Shown piece by piece: positions 34,785-46,724 of a stretch of 64,000 bases of DNA; position 1 is the stretch's first letter; each line of letters starts with the position of its first letter. Where the stretch lies: positions 3,162,001 to 3,226,000 of the forward strand of contig JBLDXI010000003.1 in assembly GCA_047495785.1 (NCBI GenBank), written 5' to 3'. This DNA is from Lepidodermella squamata (lineage: Eukaryota > Animalia > Gastrotricha). The translations under genes were made by a program, and so were the position numbers. The notes beneath the pieces were generated by a model, which did no database searches, had not been told where the DNA came from, and saw nothing but the letters and a program-made list of their open reading frames with translations.

Positions 34785-36739
34785 TTTCCCGAGGTTTTAA
34801 GTTGATTTTTGCACTTCACCTCTCTCTCACCAGAAAAGAGGATTGTATCTCCTTTTCATCAGTCTAATAGCAGTGCGGCGGCTGCTTTTGCATCTCACTT
34901 GAAAGGCCCTTGCATGGTGGTAAATGGTGGCAAAAATTTAGCTCTATTGAACTTTTTTACAGATGCTTATGCATATTACGTTCAAGTCCGTATAGACATA
35001 GCGCGTTCTTTTTCGCGCTAATATTTTCACGTCATTATTATTTATTAATTGAACGCACGGCAGTGCAAAAGGTGCGCCAAAAAAAATTATGGATTACCAA
35101 TATTACACCGCAATTTAATTCCTGAAGAAATTGTTCCGGGATTACTCATCTTGGTGCACCATGGACATTGGTGCCAAATAATAAAAAGCAATTTGATAAG
35201 GAAATATTTTACGGTATTTACTTTTCAGCGGCCTTATCTCGGCTCCTGATCCATTCACTCGCACTCGAAAATGGAAAATACCGAGCAATTAAACGGCATT
35301 TGGAACCATTTGCTACTTGTAATAAAATTGAACATCGACTCGGAAAATTTATATTTTTTTACTATTTTATTTTCGGTGGCAAAAACAATTATTCTTAGAA
35401 TTATTCATTAATATTCGGCCAGTTTTATTGCCAAGATATATGAGGCCGGAATGCCAAGCATAAATTATTAGCCGGCCATGGTCCTGCCAGTGGACAATGC
35501 CTTCTCACGCCTCGCGCCTTTTTATCGTGCTGTCGGCAACATTTTGTGCGCATAATAATTGATTTACCTGTAAATAAACATGCGACGCTAATTTCAGGCG
35601 CCTCGAGAAATAATGCCGCTTTCAGGCTTTGGGTCTCATCAAAGTACGGTTATAATGAAATTGTGGACGTGCATTCATCCTGCCTCATCAGGTGTGAATC
35701 AACACACATTATTCGGCACTTATTTGTCATGTTTCTTGCGAGTACCACTTTTCAAGATGCAGTAGCTAGCGCTTATTATGACGCTTTTTGATGAATCTAC
35801 GTTATTTGTCATGCAGTTTATCGTATAAGAATCTTACCTGTAATCATATACCTATTTTTTACTCGCGAGATAACACGTGTATTCCGGTTAGATACAGGAT
35901 CTTTCTTGGATAGCCTAGATATTTTGCGCCTGGATTATAGCCAAACGTTACCCCGCGGCTGGAAATATTTTGCCGGAAAAGCCAACCTTCTCTACCCGAA
36001 AAATATGTGAAATCTACTCCGAAATTGCGTCAACAAATAATTAGCTATAAATCAGTCAAAGCTCTTGAATATTATTAAAATATTCTCTGAATTTTATTCA
36101 TAATTTAATAATAATTTTAATAATTTTATATTATTTTTATTACAACAACCTAATATAGTGCCGCTTATTTCTATGAGGGTACCATTTGTCATTCCTGTCC
36201 ATTTATTTACCTGCGAATTTCGTGCTTAATTTTCGTGTAATTGATGCCGGGCAATTTATTTTCTTAAATTTGCATTATTTTACAGCGTTTCCAATGAGTT
36301 CTGCAACCATTTTTTAATTTTACAAATTTGTATAGGAAATGCATCAAATTTTTTGAAATTAAACCTACAGGGAGCATCTTCCCCTCTTTATCCGCGATTT
36401 CACCGAAATAATAGAAAAATTTACCGGAGAAAACTGGGAAACCTCGATGGTTACTGAATCGGGGATTTTCGGTATTTTACCCGGTTGAATCGTATTTCTC
36501 CCGATTTTTAATCCCATTGACAAGTGCCTTATGTCATTTTGAATTTTTCTAAATGGCTTCGTCGCTCATTTTAGAGTTTCTGAACCCTTTTCTGAGCATG
36601 TTCTTTCTTACTTATGAGCCATGCTGTTTATGCATTAGTGGCTTGAAAATTCTCCACGCGTCGACACCACTTAAATTCATAAACTTTCAATTATTATAAC
36701 GTTTTAATAATAGATGTTTTATCAAAGCTCTGTAGCCGT

Positions 36740-37665
36740 ATGAGCTCGATTTTCTCTCCCCTTCTAACGGTGATTTGGCTGATCGGCCTGGATTTTAAGG
36801 TGGCAACTGCTGTTGGTCTATGCTACGCCTGCACTCCGAATCCAGAATCTGGCGAGCGATGTGATATTCCTTACCAATTCTCAGTTTTATCATGCCCCGA
36901 AGATCAAAATTATGCCTGTTTCACTGCTCATACAGAGTAAGTAAAATTTAGTAGATAAAATTTTTATTTCACTTAAATTTCCTAATTTTTCAGCGAAAAT
37001 TCACTTGTTCGAGGATGCACCGAAGCTGCCAGATGCGAGATGTTCCCGCAACTCGAAACCGGCGAGTGTTGTTTTTCAGATTTTTGCAACTTGAAACATA
37101 CTTTCAAAACAAAAAGAAAGTGAGGAAATTATTCATTTATTCTTCATTCTCGATATTTAATTGTTTCGATTCCAGCTTTTACCTGGTCGCTTTCATTCAA
37201 TTCGGCTTCCCACTGCTGAACATAACTATATCAATAACAATTTTACTGCTGACGACTTGCCGCGGGAAAACTCGGCCCTCCGTGTTCTCAAGACGCAAAA
37301 ATTACGTCATAAATCTGACACCAGATTTGCCGGTGAAAGCGAGTTTTAACGTAGCTGAAAATGTCATTTACGTTCGACCCCAAACGCCGGTTAATCGACC
37401 CCGGCAGCACAAACGATCGCCTCCGCTCAAATTTCAACTTCTGCCATCGACTTCGACAGCGTATCGAACGGCGCCGAAAGCTTTGTCTGAACAAATTTCA
37501 TCAGCTTCCTCGTCACCTGATGTGGATCCCTTGCTATTAGAAGAGCAATCATCGAAGAGGCCTGAGAGTCGAGCTCAACATAATCAAAGACGGCGGCATG
37601 ACTCTTATCGGCAAAGCTTCTCGCCCAACTCCTGCACCTCAGATTTCAAAATAACAGAAGCTTGA
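36740..37665 (+). CDS. Single-pass membrane protein: 10-Cys three-finger (Ly6/uPAR or activin-receptor-type) ectodomain and non-kinase tail (exons 36740-36936, 36994-37119, 37176-37665)
   Basis: Signal peptide; LCYAC..C..C..CFT..VRGC..C..CCFSDFCN; hydrophobic FYLVAFIQFGFPLLNITISITILLLTTC; Ser/Pro/Arg-rich tail. Splice phases are compatible. Confidence 0.82.
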
Positions 37666-37683
37666 GTTGCCCTGATATTATAA

Positions 37684-37697
37684 TTTATTTCAATAAA
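37684..37697. terminator. Back-to-back polyadenylation signals for convergent genes
   Basis: TTTATT (AATAAA on minus) at 37684-37689 and AATAAA at 37692-37697, within the 36 bp between the two stop codons. Confidence 0.6.
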
Positions 37698-37701
37698 ATA
37701 A

Positions 37702-38453
37702 TCACAACAGTTTTTTCAATTTTTCGAGATTAACATTGAAGTCATGCTCCTCCTTAATCACCTTTCGAATTCTTTCACTTCGCCGGGTTGTTCGCGTGAT
37801 TGGTCGAGTTCGGCCACATTCCTTCAATTCAGGGTAAGATTCTTCTTCTTCCTCAGATGATGACGACGACGACGATGAGTCGATGATAAATTTAACGTGA
37901 CGCTTTTTCCGAGATCGTTTCGGTTTCGGACGTTTTGGCCGTTTTCGGCGGCGGTTGCGATGAACCGTAGGGAAAACCATACGCCCGCCAGGTTTTCTGC
38001 GGCTCCGAGAGGACCTTTCGCGGGCTCTCGACCGCCGAGGCACCCGACTGTCGCCTAAATCTTGAACAACTGTCACAACATCAGTTATAGATTCGGCATC
38101 AGGCTCGGCGAGGTAAAACACTGGTTCTGGGAGGGGCTCGGCTGAATCGAAGGCCGAGGTTGGGAAATCATTTGATCGAAGGTTGAATCGAGCCATCATT
38201 GCTGCCAGAAATTATACAATGTTTCATAAAATTAAAATTTCCAGCTCTTACAGGTTAATAATTGGTCGATATAACTATCATTGCTGATAACTTCAGGTAA
38301 TTCTTCATCGCAAGAGCTGATTGTCATGGAGCGTTCGGCCTTGAGTCGTTTAATATCCGATACAAGGTATTCAGTCCAAAAGTTGTTTAAAACTTGGAAA
38401 GCTTCACATGGTAAGCTGTCTTCGCCTTGAACTGTTTCATTCACAGAACTCAT
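37702..38453 (-). CDS. Hypothetical, probably nuclear protein with a basic tract and poly-Ser/Glu (two coding exons)
   Basis: The 38453 ORF splices (ACC T|gtaaga...gcag|CA ATG ATG) in frame into the 165-aa ORF containing RRRKRPKRPKPKRSRKKR and SSSSSSSSEEEEE. Confidence 0.65.
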
Positions 38454-38720
38454 TATAGCGCAATTGCCAATTTAAAATCTCGCGCAAGTGATTCCATTTA
38501 ACGTCAATTTAACTTTATCGTGCTCTAAAAGAGTGCACGCCTTTCGCACACTTCGAGCGGCACGGATGTTTCCAACTTCAATAGTTTCTGCGCCTGATGT
38601 TTATGTGGAAACAGGGAAAGGGGAAAAGATCTTTTAGTGGTCACTTTCTTACCTGCTGAACAAAGGTGTGCCTAAGCACCGAGAGAAGCAATCTGAATCT
38701 GCAAAAAATGGAAAAAGGGA

Positions 38721-38792
38721 AGGTCCCATCGAGATTTGAACTCGAGTCGCAGGATTCAGAGTCCTGAGTGCTTACCGCTACACCATGGGACC
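38721..38792 (-). tRNA. trnQ-CTG: tRNA-Gln (anticodon CTG)
   Basis: GGTCCCATGGTGTAGCGGTAAGCACTCAGGACTCTGAATCCTGCGACTCGAGTTCAAATCTCGATGGGACCT: 7-bp acceptor stem, CAGGA/TCCTG anticodon stem, TTCAAAT T-loop, and an oligo-T Pol III terminator just downstream. Confidence 0.96.
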
Positions 38793-38960
38793 GACAAGGT
38801 TCCAAGCTTCGCTCATCTTAAATCAATGTATTCTTTGAACAACAATCCACTTCCATTCTTTTTCACATTCATGAACGAATCTGAACCAATCCATAGGTAT
38901 TAGCATCCACATAAACTTGTTCTTCAATGACATTTTTAGGGGTACGTTAGGTAACGGAGC

Positions 38961-39151
38961 AAGAATCAATCTCATCTAAAAGGCTGAGATTACTTGGGGG
39001 GATGATCGAATTTGTTGGCATAATCAGGAGTCTTTCTCAATTCATAGAGTTCGATCTAAGGTTAGGGACCTTTTAGAATTCCAATTTCATGTTTTTGCCA
39101 GCAAGTTTGATCATCCCAAGTAATCTCAGCCTTTTAGATGACATTGATTCT
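38961..39151. mobile_element. Small MITE-like inverted repeat
   Basis: aagaatcaatctcatctaaaaggctgagattacttggg versus cccaagtaatctcagccttttagatgacattgattctt. Confidence 0.7.
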
Positions 39152-39900
39152 TACTCAGTTTGAAAAGCAGAATATTTAGATGGCAAAATCCGAATTTTAC
39201 GTAACCGGGAAGCCTTTCAAGTACGAATATCGATCGTTTATTGTTTGATTTTGGCTATTTTTATTTCCAAGATGCTCTTATCGATCAATTCGCCAGGAAT
39301 CAAGGTAACGGACCAAGAATCGGGGGAATATGTATAGGTATTTACCAGTATGAACTTCAGTGTGTTAGTCCGATGCAAATTTAATTAGACTCGATTCAAA
39401 GGTAACTCCACACGGAGAAGTGCCTCCAAGACACCTCTTTACCATTCAAAACCATCTGGAATTGGACTTTCCGAGACTTACCAATCTAAGTGGAACATTC
39501 TTGGCTTTAAGTAAGCGTCATTTTCATTCCTTGTTCGAGAATGTACCTCACGAGTACACCTCAAGAAAATCACCGATTTCCGCCTCCGAAAATCACCGAT
39601 CGATGTGTGAATTGAATTCGGTAATAATGAAATCGATAAACCAGAACTGCAGGAGTCCGGCGACCGGTGGGTGATAATTTTCTCGAATTTTATCATCAAA
39701 AGCTGTTCAGGTAAAGAAGTCTGGACAAATTGTGTTGTCGTTTAGTTCAGGTTATTTTTCCTTTCACTATGCGTTGAGAGTAATTGAAATTGTTGATGCG
39801 AATCCGTGACTAATGATTGCAAAACTCACGAAAGAAAGGTGGCATCGAAGTCCCACTTATACAGTAATTGATTTAATCAAAAAATTGCGAGGGGGTAGTC

Positions 39901-42600
39901 TCATCGCAAAGCTTCACGGTTCGTCACAAAGTAACCGTATCTCTGAAACAGCTTTGGCGCAAATACAACAATCAAGTTGATTAGTGCCATCCACATTGTG
40001 CTGATGGACAGGACGTAGTAGAACATCTCCGTTTTTGTGTAAAAAATTGCGTTCAATGCTATTAATGGCAATGCTGAGAGGAGGGTGCCTCGGTAGGCGC
40101 GGATCACTTCTCGGAGATCACTAACGACCGTCCCCCTTCCCTAAATGAATAATCAAATAGTGAATAGGTTATGACTAATAGATAAGATGAGTTATACCTG
40201 CTTCAGCTTGCTCATAACGTAAACCGCCCTAACTATTATGCAGAAATGAAGGACATACATTGCTCCAATGAGTATCAGGCCTCTTGTTGAGTTCACTTTT
40301 TTGCAGGCGAACCACAATCGAAGGGTGACACAGTCACTGCTATCGACAATCGTCTCAGTTTCCACTGTCGTTACCGCAGGATTAATCTGAACCCAAGTGA
40401 ATACTAAGAATCCGAAAATGACAGAGACAACAACGGATCCAATAAAAGCCAATCTGAAGCAGGCTGCGATTGCGTTTTCACCGATTTTGAAGCGGCCTCT
40501 AGGGAAGATCCTCTTATTCCGCTCAATTGAGTTTTGCATGACGTAGGCGAGCTCAACCTTGGCGTAGAAAGCATGCCATATGAAAGTTTTACCGACGAAA
40601 AGTAAGATGTAGGCCATTGAGCAGGTGTCACCTAAATTGTAAGCTACGCCATGTGGAAGGCAAAAGACATGGCTTAGCATAACGATGTTTCCAGTTAGGA
40701 TCAAATTATTGAGCGTAGGTGCCGACAGCCAGATTTTCCTGTTCTCCTTTTTCGATCTGAACCGCTGGAGAACCAGAAAGACTAATGACGCTGCGCATAA
40801 TACGGCGGCTACTCCTGTCACGGAAAAGGCACGTCTTAAAACCCAATTAGGTAGATGAGAAAACAACTACCTTTCAACGCGATTAACAACTGGAGGCGAC
40901 GAAATGTTGGAATGAAATGTTTAATTAGCTTAATTCCGTCTTTAGGCGGCCGCCCATCCGCCGTAAGCCAGGAGATGTTGCCGAAATTAGCAGAGACTTT
41001 GAGAACCGAATTGTTGACGGATGGATCATATAGCGCGACAGGAACCAATTGAATCGATGAATTACCGTCAAACCTTCCTTGGAAAATCCCGATGGGAGCA
41101 AGACCCCGAATGTTGTCGTCGGATTCTTCCTCGAATCCATAATCACCTTGAAGGCCTGATAGGTTCACGTCATAGAGGCTTTGACGCTGTATTTGGAGTA
41201 TCTGGTCTCCGTGGGAGCGAAACCTTTCCCCGGACATGACCCAGTCTGAAAGTGTCTCGTTACCTAAAGAAAATATCTTCGTAAAGGTTTGAGCTTGGGT
41301 GTGGAAAAATTACGGGTATTTAACAGCGCTTCAGTGGAGTTGAGCCAATAAGCAGCGAATAACGCCATGTCATACAGCCTGTATCGAGCTTTCCAATGGA
41401 AGTGAGATTCGGGGTCTAGCACTGCAGCACGTAGTTCATCGTCCAAAGCTTGACTTGAAAGACCGGTAGAATCTTCCGCGTACCCGAAAAGACTGGCCTT
41501 GGATGTATCGCCGAAGAAAAATGTGCATTGTAGCACCTTCAAACAAAAGTTAACTTTCGTCCAATATACTTATACAATATACTAATTACCTGTATCAGCA
41601 TCTCCTCCGAGCACCAAGAGTAACGCGTGGAGTCATTGGCGTTGAAAACGAAAGGCATCTGAATCAAAATCACCCTCGACGGGCCGTAAAGATTGAAGCG
41701 ATGAAACCAGCACGCCACCAAAGCTGGGGTGTTGCTGTTAACGACAATAATTCGTGGATCGATGCTGGCCAAATCTTCAACAGCCGACGCGATCTGGCTT
41801 TCCTCTGACGGCTGGCCGGAGATGAACGGAATTTTGAATATACCCGTCATTGTCATACTCTTGTTTTCCATTCGAGACAACATATCTGTTTCCAGCTATA
41901 AATGGTTTTCAAATAATAAAAAGGAAAATTTCAAGGCGGTATTACTCTATTGAAGTAAGGCGTAATTTCGGAAATCACTGATAACTTTTTCCACCCGTTG
42001 GAATAGCAAAATTCGACCAATGTTGCGTATTGCAGTGCTGGGGCGGCATGAGTGACATAAAATGATTGATACTTGACCCTATCCATTTGAAAATCCGGAG
42101 CGATTGTTAGGGTAGTGGCTCCGGTTACGTTGTAATGGTGGATTATTTGACCGGTGTAGATGTGGCCGGAACAGAAGGGGCCAAGGAGCAATGGAAACCT
42201 CGGCATTGAGCTGTCATCTTCGTTCAACCTAGAGACGATTTCACTCACCGTTACTGCACGAGTACACTAAAAGCAAACGGTTGTGTAAAAGGCATTAAGG
42301 ACAGGAATTTATTACCCTGTCATCGAAGGCTTCAATGAATATTTCGTATTCAGGCAATAGGTTATGCATAGCTCGAATTCGGTCCAAGGCTATCTTCATC
42401 GCGGCAACTCCGGTAGCTTTAAAAGGCAGCAAAGGACCAGCATAGTTTATCGACATCATGATAGTTATGTTTTTTGGTCGTTGATTGCTCTCGTTTCGAG
42501 ACGCCGTTATGAAGGGCGGTAGCGGATCATCTAACAGCATCTGTTTGCTCCAGATGGAAGTTGAGAAAAAACAGAATGTTGCTAGGGAAGCTAATCTCAT
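39901..42600 (-). CDS. Divergent class C GPCR, GABA-B-receptor-like (Venus flytrap plus 7TM)
   Basis: Signal peptide; AAMKIALDRI..LLPEYEI; LLLGPFCS; GWKKLSVI; DPRIIVV; YDM; LSGLQGDYGF. Seven hydrophobic segments with SAPTLNNLILTG (TM2), C..YILLFVG..FYAK (TM3) and IVVFAPK (TM7). No cysteine-rich domain. C-terminus uncertain. Confidence 0.85.
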
Positions 42601-42954
42601 ACTGAAGCGTTCCTTCAGCAGTTAGTCCAAGTTAAAAGCTGTGGGCTTAATCAACTGAGTAAACTTCAAATATCAATCGCGTGCTGATGACTTCAGGGCA
42701 ATTACATCAATTTAATTGAAGTAACCTGACGTTTGCCGCAGACTGTTTAAGGTTTAAAAAGTGATCCATAAAATTCTCGTTCCAATACTTGATCAAAATA
42801 TAGGTATATTTAATCCTGATGTTGATTATTCAATCGTGAAGATACAACGAAAATTTTATTAATAATTAAAGAATGCAGGATTCAATCATTCCACAGCTTG
42901 CTGTCACAAAAAAGGGGTATCAAATTTCGTCCAATGATCCAATTGGGTGACGTC

Positions 42955-45574
42955 TCATGACAACCCAAGAATGACGTTCGCCGCGTAGTAATGAATGACA
43001 GCTAACATCACTGCGGCGAGGATGAACGCGAAAATATCTGCGAGACGAGCAATGCTGATGCTGAAATTCTTTCCACAGCAGCAAAGATTAACTCGAGCAC
43101 GCCCAACGCCCGGTAAGTGGCAAAACGCGCAGACGATCATGTCATAGACTGTGCCTTGATTAAGAAGTGAGCTAATCATCATGAAAATAGAAATTTCGTT
43201 GTAGCTTACATCCCCCGGTGAAGAGTTGAAGCAGCAGAATGTAGTCTGATAGCAGAATTCGCTGTGAAGACTTTGGCACCTGAGCCATAACTTGGCTTTG
43301 GGCAACGGTCAAAGCCAGTAAAATAGTTACTGAAAAGGATAAGTCGATTAATTTCCCTGGTTGAACCTGAAGACTTACCAGCAAAGGTTGATCGCTCAGG
43401 AATATGAGGCGGCAACAAAAAGGCACTAATTACCATCAAAATTAGCAGCAAAGTCGGTCCAATCAAGTTGTAAGCCTTATAACAAATTTCTCATCTGTGA
43501 TAGAGGAAATATTGCAACTTACGACATAATCAGGCTTGCGAGTGAATCCGAGGAAGAACGTCAGCGTGCTAACGTTACTTTTCATCGCAGTTGACAGAAG
43601 AAAGTCTTTTTTCGGCGTCAACTTAGGTTGGAGAATCCATTCGCTCATGTCAGAAATCGACGTGGGCTGCTCGATTTCCAGAAGTCCAAACTGAACCAAA
43701 AGGGAAGTTCTTTGCAAGGAGAACTCGAACTTGCAAACTTGTTCGTCGAAGGGAAATTTAATCTGAGGGAAAAACATTAGCCATGGTAAGGTTTGTTATC
43801 CAAAATCCAACCAGGTTCATTTCACATTTAGACCGGAAGACTCCAACTCTAGTCCAGTAGAAATTGATGACTCTGAAAGGGGTTGTAGGACGAATTACTA
43901 CTGTCAAGCTGTCTCCATAAGGATCTGCCTTCATGTAGACGTCAGACGGGGACGATCTGAACAGAACCGTTGGCATCCAAACGTCTTCCATACTTGCTAC
44001 GAAAACTCGTTCCGATGCCGATAAATCGCTAGCGGTAGACTCGGCATCACACGTATCGACATACCACTGCAGGAAGAGCGTGGCGCTGACTTTGATTGTT
44101 TCTTCAACGGCGTCGATACCGAGAAAATTGTCTACGATAAAACTTGCGTGGACCTCCGTTGGCTCGTTGTTATTAGGTGGAGCACTGATGTTAGATCCAA
44201 AGTCTTTGCAAGCCGCCATCAGGTCAGCGGCGAAGAATTTCGGGATCGCACTTTCGGCGGGTAGATCTGGGACTGGAACTTTACCAGGGACTGGTGTTGT
44301 TGTCGTATATGCAAAGGCTGTAGTCGGACGGGTTCTTCTTGCAGTTGTCGTTACAGTTGTAGGCTTAGTCGTCGTAGTGACTGTAGTCGTCGTTGGGGTA
44401 GTTGTAGTTGGAGTCGTCGTCGTAGTTTTTGTTGGAGTCGTCGTACTAGTCGTTGTCGTAGTAGGGGTAGTTGTGGTTTCAGGGGTTGTCGTCGTCGTTG
44501 TTGTGGGAGTCGTAGTCGTAGTTGTAGAAGTAGTCGTAGTCGTGGTCGAAGTGCTTGTCGAAGTTGTTGTCGCTTCAGAGAGTCCAAAAAAACTCAACGA
44601 ATTCACATGAATTCCCGCATAAAATCCTTGGGTAAAACCCCCAAGTCCAACTGTGGTTCTATTTTCGGCGATCAGCTCATTAAGGCCGTCGGTGGATACG
44701 CTCTCGAAACAAACGAAAGTCGTTGTCTCATTGCTGTCTTTTTTCGAAGCAGTTATAGATACTGTCAGCAAGTCATTGACGCTTTGAACGATTACTAGAA
44801 TGCCTTTTGAGACTTGGTCACTCGACATAGAATCGCAAGTACTATCGGCTTCGTTGAGATTACCGTCGAACACAGGAAATTCATCCGCTAATGCTTTGCT
44901 GAAAGAGGCAACAGGGCGCTGATCGTCGTACCATATTGCCATCCATGTTACAAAACCTTGGAACTGGTCTAATTTGTCATTATCTGTCAAATTGTTGCAT
45001 TTTAGGTCATTTCATTTTTTTAATTCTTCACGTACCCAAGTAAGCAGTCAGGGAATTCCTGCTAGCGACAAAGAGACCAATAGCTGGAGCTCCTCTGGGT
45101 GCTCGCCCTGCTGCTGTTTTCGATCCTGAAAATACTGCCTCAACTCGCCATGCATTGACGTTGATCGGAAGATTCTGAAAGTTCGGGAAGTAACAGTAAG
45201 AGATGGAACTAAGAATCACTCGGAGTTACATACATTTTTGCTATAAACACTTCCCTCTTGAAAAGATTCTTCAGCTGTCAGCTGAATCCTTCCACTTGGT
45301 GTTACCTGTGCTGTGCCATTGAGGATCCAGCCATCTAGATTAGACAAAATGCTTGAAAATTAGAACCTTTGATGCTATGTCTTCGCTTGCCTATTGATTT
45401 CGGATCGGTCACGTCAAACGACAGCTCTTCGTAAATTTGAATGGTCGGAAGATTCTCAGGTAGCGGCAGAAATTCAGTGTGAATTCTCAAAGGGTCGAAG
45501 TCTTCCAGAAAATGACCGCCAAATACAGCCTCAAGCGAACAAAGAAATACAGTTCCAATCAAACGCAAAATCAT
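42955..45574 (-). CDS. Cys-loop ligand-gated ion channel subunit with an N-terminal L-type-lectin-like domain and a Thr-rich mucin stalk
   Basis: The spliced frame gives signal peptide, lectin-like domain, poly-Thr/Pro, then PTEVHASF..LGIDAVEET..LFLQW..VWMPTV, Cys-loop CEMNL|IKFPFDEQVC (C-x13-C), SEWIL, TRKP, M1 (INLIGPTLLL), PER-M2, VPKSS, M3, a short loop and M4 (RLADIFAFIL). Confidence 0.88.
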
Positions 45575-45844
45575 ATTTCGAACTCGTCATTAATTGTGTC
45601 GATTCTCGCGGCTTTTAAACACATCGGCGCAACACTGGAGTACCGGAAGCGATGAAAGCCAATTTCGTACCTGTGCTATATCAGTGCTCATTTAACCAGA
45701 CTGAAATGTTTGTTCCGCCTATGCCTAGGTGCGATCGAGTTTTACTTTTGAAAAAACTGACTCATTGTTAGCCTAGTCAATTGCCCTAGACAAAGATCAT
45801 GAATCACGTGATGACAAACACAAGCATGCGAAGTTCAGTTTTTT

Positions 45845-46568
45845 TCAGTCGGCAAGTGTTTGGTCGGTTTTCTCAGATTGTGAGCTGCACATATTCCTCA
45901 TATTTCGCAGCGTTTCGTTTCGATTATCGGAGTGAATATAGAGCAGCACAGCCACCACGGAATCCCTCTCATTGTCGTAGTTATGAATTGATTTCAAATA
46001 CATTCGCAGGGGTGTTAAAATGTTCGTTTCCAAGGCGTCGCGAACAAGTCGAATGCTCTCTTCCTTGCTTCCCATATAAATCTTGACCCGGCCATTTTCC
46101 ATCGATCCGTGGTAGTCCCATCGATGTTTCACGGCTAGAGCGTCGGCGAATTTGAAGGCCATTTCCAGCGATTCATCTGATAAGGCCGGTTTGGAAGATA
46201 CGCTACCTTCGTGAGTTGATGATCGCTTTTCAATTTTCAGCATAAGCATCCAATTTGTGTATAACAGATTGTTGATATGAGCGGCCATTTATGAGGTTTG
46301 AAATTTCGAATGTAATTCTGAGTGCAATTTTAGCTCAGTCCAAAGAGATGGACTGGTGCGCTTTTGCCTCAATCCCATGAGCTCAATGAAAATCGAAGCC
46401 GATCATTATTATTTCATCCACGCTATCGTTGTGATGAAAAAATTCGAGCGAAAAAACAACACCTGTCCGATATTTTTCATGAAAAATTGATTGGTCAACC
46501 AGAGATCCGAAAACTAAATCAGCACTATCTGCATTTAATTTTATTTTGGTGTAAATAACAGTTGTCAT
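45845..46568 (-). CDS. Hypothetical protein; main exon within 45845-46288, upstream exon(s) uncertain
   Basis: A 147-aa ORF of globular composition, preceded by a short ORF starting MTTVIY near 46568. No family recognised. Confidence 0.45.
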
Positions 46569-46724
46569 ATTATGAGTAATCAATTTTACAAATCACATTA
46601 GTATCGTGAAAATTCAAACTGGTCTAATGAGTTGGCACCGAATCATTATTTGTATATAAATCACAACAAAGTTTTAGAAATATGAGCAAAGTGTTCACGG
46701 ATTGTTTCAGTTTTTTCGTTAATT

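Noticed and set aside
44080-44610. Poly-Val plus-strand ORF
   Set aside because: Antisense of the poly-Thr stalk.
45845-46288. Possible Mab-21/cGAS-like nucleotidyltransferase (HGSMENG)
   Set aside because: Only a GS dipeptide; the downstream acidic catalytic motif is not evident.
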